DNA from: an uncultured archaeon
GTDB lineage: Archaea; Thermoplasmatota; Thermoplasmata; Thermoplasmatales; Thermoplasmataceae
Assembly (NCBI GenBank): GCA_000965745.1
Contig: CP009479.1
Span: forward strand, 224,001 to 288,000
Direction of reading: 5' to 3'
DNA length: 64,000 nt
Made by a program: the position numbers and the translations under genes. The notes beneath the pieces were generated by a model. It had not been told where the DNA came from and did no database searches. It saw nothing but the letters and a program-made list of their open reading frames with translations. Positions 60,427 through 64,000 of this stretch are shown here, piece after piece. Each line of letters begins with the position of its first letter. Positions within the stretch are counted from its first letter, which is position 1.

Positions 60427-61397
60427 CTGAATTCCAGCACTTTCTGCACTGCAGCCATAATCCTCTTCTCATTGGGAACATAGTACTCCTCCAGCCTGTA
60501 CGGGAATGGCGTGTCCGGCCCCGTAACTCTCAGAATCGGGGCATAAAGGTATTCAATCATCCTTTCCGAAATCAGCGCCGAGATCTCTGCTCCCATGCCG
60601 AGTGTCCTTGGCGCCTCATGGACGACAACAACCCTTCCGGTCTTCCTGACAGATTCCGTAATGGCATTGATATCAAGCGGCACGAGTGTGCGCAGGTCGA
60701 TTACATCTGCACTCACGCTGTTGTTGCTCACCGCCCTGGACACCAGGGGGACCATGGATCCGTATGTGATGATGGTGACATCATCGCCTTCGTGAACAAG
60801 ACTGGCCTTGCCCACCGGGATCTTGTAATCCTCCTCGGGAACCTCTGCCTTTGACGCCCTGTAGAGTTTTTTTGGCTCAAGGAAGATCACGGGGTCCGGA
60901 GAGTCGATAGCGGATGAGAGCATTCCCTTTGCGTCATATGGGTTTGAGGGTGTCATGACAACAAGCCCTGCCGTGTGCGCAAAGTATGTCTCACCGCTCT
61001 GTGAGTGGTAAAGCCCGCCCCTGATTCCTCCGCCGTAAGGCGTCCTCAGTACGAGGGGCGCGGTGATCAGGCCCGCTGTCCTGTACCTCAGCTTGGCCAT
61101 CTGGTTGATGATCTGGTCCATTGCCGTATAGATGAAATCCTGGAACTGTATCTCTGCTATCGGCTTGAGGCCGGATGATGCCATCCCAATTGCCATTCCC
61201 ACTATGCCGAGCTCCACGAGGGGAGTGTCAACCACCCTCTCCTCCCCGTATTTATCCAGTAGCCCGTCTGTTACTCTGAATACTCCTCCATCCTTTCCGA
61301 TATCTTCGCCGAGGAGTATGATTGAGTCGTCCTGTGACATCCTGAGGTCCATTGTGGAATTCAGGGACTGGACCATGTTCATTACCTTGGAACTCAT
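60423..61397 (-). CDS. 2-oxoacid dehydrogenase E1 beta
   Basis: GEDIG, DTPLVE, EIQF, HSQS. Confidence 0.96.
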   Translation of the reverse strand: MSSKVMNMVQSLNSTMDLRMSQDDSIILLGEDIGKDGGVFRVTDGLLDKYGEERVVDTPLVELGIVGMAIGMASSGLKPIAEIQFQDFIYTAMDQIINQMAKLRYRTAGLITAPLVLRTPYGGGIRGGLYHSQSGETYFAHTAGLVVMTPSNPYDAKGMLSSAIDSPDPVIFLEPKKLYRASKAEVPEEDYKIPVGKASLVHEGDDVTIITYGSMVPLVSRAVSNNSVSADVIDLRTLVPLDINAITESVRKTGRVVVVHEAPRTLGMGAEISALISERMIEYLYAPILRVTGPDTPFPYRLEEYYVPNEKRIMAAVQKVLEFR

Positions 61398-62407
61398 AGA
61401 ATCTCCCTCATCTGTTCCTCAAGATTCCACGTAAGCTCCGCGAGAACATCGTGGAACATCGTCTCAGGGTCCGGGGCAGGAATCTTCTCCCTCTCGTCGA
61501 ATTTCTGTTCAACTATCCTGACCGATTCCTCTTTTATCCTGCTGACAACGTTGTCGTTGATGAAGCCCATCTCCTTCAGGGTGTTTGCCGCAACCTCGAT
61601 GGGGTCCTTCTCTGATCCTTCCTGAACTTCGTCCGTCCTGTACTTGCTCGTGTCGTCGGATGTGGAGTGCGGGCCCATCCTGTAGCTCACAGCTTCGATA
61701 AGTGTCGGGCCGTTTCCTGCCCTTGCCTGCTCAACAGCTTCTGCCGTAACCTTGTATGTCTCTATGAAATCGTTCCCGTCCACCTTGACCCCACGCATTC
61801 CGTATGCGTCGGCCTTCTTCCATATCTCGGTTTTTGTCTGCTTTTCAACGGGGGTCGAAATGGCCCAGCCGTTGTTCTCGCACATAAAAACAATTGGGAG
61901 GTTGAAAACTGCAGCCATGTTCATGGCCGCGTGGAAATCAGGTGTCGATGAAGATCCTTCACCGAAGGTGGCAAAAACAATGTTTCCCTTCTTCCTGTAT
62001 TTAATTGCATAGGCGGCGCCAACCGCCAGTGGCAAATTGGTCGCAACCGGGCTCTGGATGGACATGAAGTTGTAATTCCTGGCGACAAAATGGCTTGGCA
62101 TCTGCCTTCCCTTCGCCAGATCGCTGCTGTTCCCGAAAACCTGGTCCAGCATTACCTCTATAGGCACCCCACGGTGTATCATCAGGGCAACATCGCGATA
62201 GTACTCGTATATGATGTCCTCCTTTGACAGAGCCATCGAGGCCCCTACCTGTGTAGCTTCCTGGCCTGTAGAAGGTGTGTAGAACCCTACACGTCCCTGC
62301 CTCTGCGCAGTTATCAACTTTCTGTCCAGGGTTCTGGAAAGAACCATTGCCCCGAAACCTCTTACATATTTCTCTCTTTGAGCCTGTTCATTAAGTTCCT
62401 CTACCAT
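61394..62407 (-). CDS. 2-oxoacid dehydrogenase E1 alpha (probably branched-chain)
   Basis: GQEA, GRQMP.H, GEG...NN TPP motif, HSTSDD; ATG at 62407 overlaps the lipA end. Confidence 0.95.
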   Translation of the reverse strand: MVEELNEQAQREKYVRGFGAMVLSRTLDRKLITAQRQGRVGFYTPSTGQEATQVGASMALSKEDIIYEYYRDVALMIHRGVPIEVMLDQVFGNSSDLAKGRQMPSHFVARNYNFMSIQSPVATNLPLAVGAAYAIKYRKKGNIVFATFGEGSSSTPDFHAAMNMAAVFNLPIVFMCENNGWAISTPVEKQTKTEIWKKADAYGMRGVKVDGNDFIETYKVTAEAVEQARAGNGPTLIEAVSYRMGPHSTSDDTSKYRTDEVQEGSEKDPIEVAANTLKEMGFINDNVVSRIKEESVRIVEQKFDEREKIPAPDPETMFHDVLAELTWNLEEQMREIL

Positions 62408-63257
62408 TGTACAACCTCCTTTGAGCCCACGCTTCCGCCGCTTTGTAGGATGTCCTGACAAGCGGCCCTGAAGCCACAAAAGCAAATCCGATTCTGTAAG
62501 CCTCTCTTTCGAGATCGCTGAATCTTTCTGAAGATGAGTATTCAACAACTTCCAGCTGTTTCCTGGAAGGTCTGAGGTACTGGCCTATGGTGACTATGTC
62601 CACCCCGGCGTCCCTCATGTCCTGGAATGTTTCCGAAACCTCCTCGTCGGATTCACCAAGACCAAGCATTATTGATGACTTTGTGATCTGGTCCGGGTTC
62701 TTCTCCTTGATGTATCTGAGAACATCAAGGGACTGCCCATAGCCGGCTCTAGGGTCTCTTACCCGTGAAGTGAGCCTCCTTACTGTTTCAACGTTGTGTG
62801 CAAATACAGCAGGCTGCTCGCCGATAATCCTGTCAATGTGTTCCTTCTTTCCCTGGAAGTCCGGAGTAAGGACTTCAATGAGTGCGCCAGATTCCTTTGC
62901 CTTCCTTATCACCCTGGCAAAGTGTGATGCCCCCTGGTCCGGGAGATCATCCCTGTCCACCGAAGTTATGACTGCATAAGCCAGCCCCATGGCGCGTATT
63001 GATTCAAGGACCTTTTCCGGCTCCATCGCATCAAGAGGCCCCATTCCCCCGTGTGTAACTGAACAGAACCTGCATCCCCTTGAGCAGTTCCCGCCCATGA
63101 TCATGAATGTCGCGGTCCCGCTTTCCCAGCATTCCGCTATGTTCGGGCACCTGGCTTCCTCGCATACTGTATGGAGCGATCTGGACCTGAGCGTATCCTT
63201 TATCCTGAGGTAGTTCTCCCCACCCGGTATTTTCACCTTTACGTACTCAGGCCTCAC
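62391..63257 (-). CDS. lipA: Lipoyl synthase
   Basis: CEEARCPNIAEC, CSRGCRFC, RTSY. Confidence 0.97.
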   Translation of the reverse strand: MRPEYVKVKIPGGENYLRIKDTLRSRSLHTVCEEARCPNIAECWESGTATFMIMGGNCSRGCRFCSVTHGGMGPLDAMEPEKVLESIRAMGLAYAVITSVDRDDLPDQGASHFARVIRKAKESGALIEVLTPDFQGKKEHIDRIIGEQPAVFAHNVETVRRLTSRVRDPRAGYGQSLDVLRYIKEKNPDQITKSSIMLGLGESDEEVSETFQDMRDAGVDIVTIGQYLRPSRKQLEVVEYSSSERFSDLEREAYRIGFAFVASGPLVRTSYKAAEAWAQRRLYNGRGT

Positions 63258-63464
63258 GAACTAAAATGTGCAATAGATATACTAAATTATCGTTAGGTAT
63301 TCGGAATTCGAAAATCGAAATTAAGTCAAATGCCGTATTGCTGGTCATTTGCACGCACCAATCAGTGCCATGATACAGTGTAACATTACGTTTTTCACAA
63401 TCCTCTGCATACCGCACTGTGGATCAACTCTTAAGTACTTCTGACGAAATACCATCTGATCTCT

Positions 63465-64000
63465 ATGGACGAGAACTCAAAGGTATGGTATAACGGGAAG
63501 ATCATTCCGTATGGTGAGGCCAAGGTTCCGGTTCTCACACATTCGTTACAGTACGGCACGGGAATTTTCGAAGGAATAAGGGCATATGAGACCAAGGATG
63601 GCGCTGCGATCTTCAGGCTCGAGGAGCACATGAAGAGATTCATGAGAACTGCGCATATTTACTCCTACGATCTTGGATACGACCTGAAGGAGCTAATGGA
63701 AGCAGTCAAGACCGTGGTCAGGGAGAATGGGCTGAAATCATGCTACATCAGGCCGTTCGCATTCGTCGACGATGACAGGATCAACCTTGTAACCCATGGG
63801 AAGAAGATAAGCACCTTCATAGCTGCGCTTCCATTCACGACACTGTTTGACAAGGCAGACAAGGGAATAAGCTGCAAAGTATCGTCCTGGAGAAGGATAA
63901 ACTCGGACATACTCCCGATACAGGCAAAGGCCAGCGGGAACTACATAAACTCAATAGCTGCAGACCTTGATGCACACGCATCAGGCTTCGATGAAGCGAT
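63465..64000 (+). CDS. ilvE: Branched-chain amino acid aminotransferase (runs off window)
   Basis: MDENSKVWYNGK...HSLQYGTGIFEGIRAY...YIRP...AKASGNY; absent from the ORF track because there is no stop in the window. Confidence 0.93.
   Translation, partial: MDENSKVWYNGKIIPYGEAKVPVLTHSLQYGTGIFEGIRAYETKDGAAIFRLEEHMKRFMRTAHIYSYDLGYDLKELMEAVKTVVRENGLKSCYIRPFAFVDDDRINLVTHGKKISTFIAALPFTTLFDKADKGISCKVSSWRRINSDILPIQAKASGNYINSIAADLDAHASGFDEA

Overview
Chromosomal window from an archaeon, most likely Thermoplasmatales (TBP, PolD small subunit, euryarchaeal-type tRNA splicing endonuclease, uS2, CoaD-NTPase fusion, futalosine genes). Most of it is housekeeping or metabolic: guaB/guaA, mqnA/mqnE/mqnC, truD, hisS, transporters, beta-oxidation, and a lipA-E1a-E1b-E2-E3-lipB operon divergent from ilvE. 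Two accessory regions lie at tRNA 3' ends. (1) 1-3750, behind an intron-containing tRNA-Trp, holds toxin-antitoxin modules (decayed HEPN plus MNT, an inactivated AbiE pair, the tail of a second AbiEii, an intact HepT/MntA pair) and a degenerate copy of the tRNA 3' end that appears to include intron sequence. (2) About 45140-49840, behind tRNA-Thr(UGU), is an AT-rich, integrase-free string of small gene blocks (cupin; GNAT; PIN module plus rhomboid-like gene). The blocks are separated by repeated units made of a tRNA 3' half plus a shared ~45 nt non-tRNA flank. Features missing from the ORF track include a 35-aa eL41/eS32 gene ending 1 nt before tRNA-Trp, the N-terminus of the PIN gene behind a G7 tract, and ilvE at the window end. 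No CRISPR array, rRNA, transposase or integrase was seen. All protein calls come from motif recognition by eye; no searches were run.
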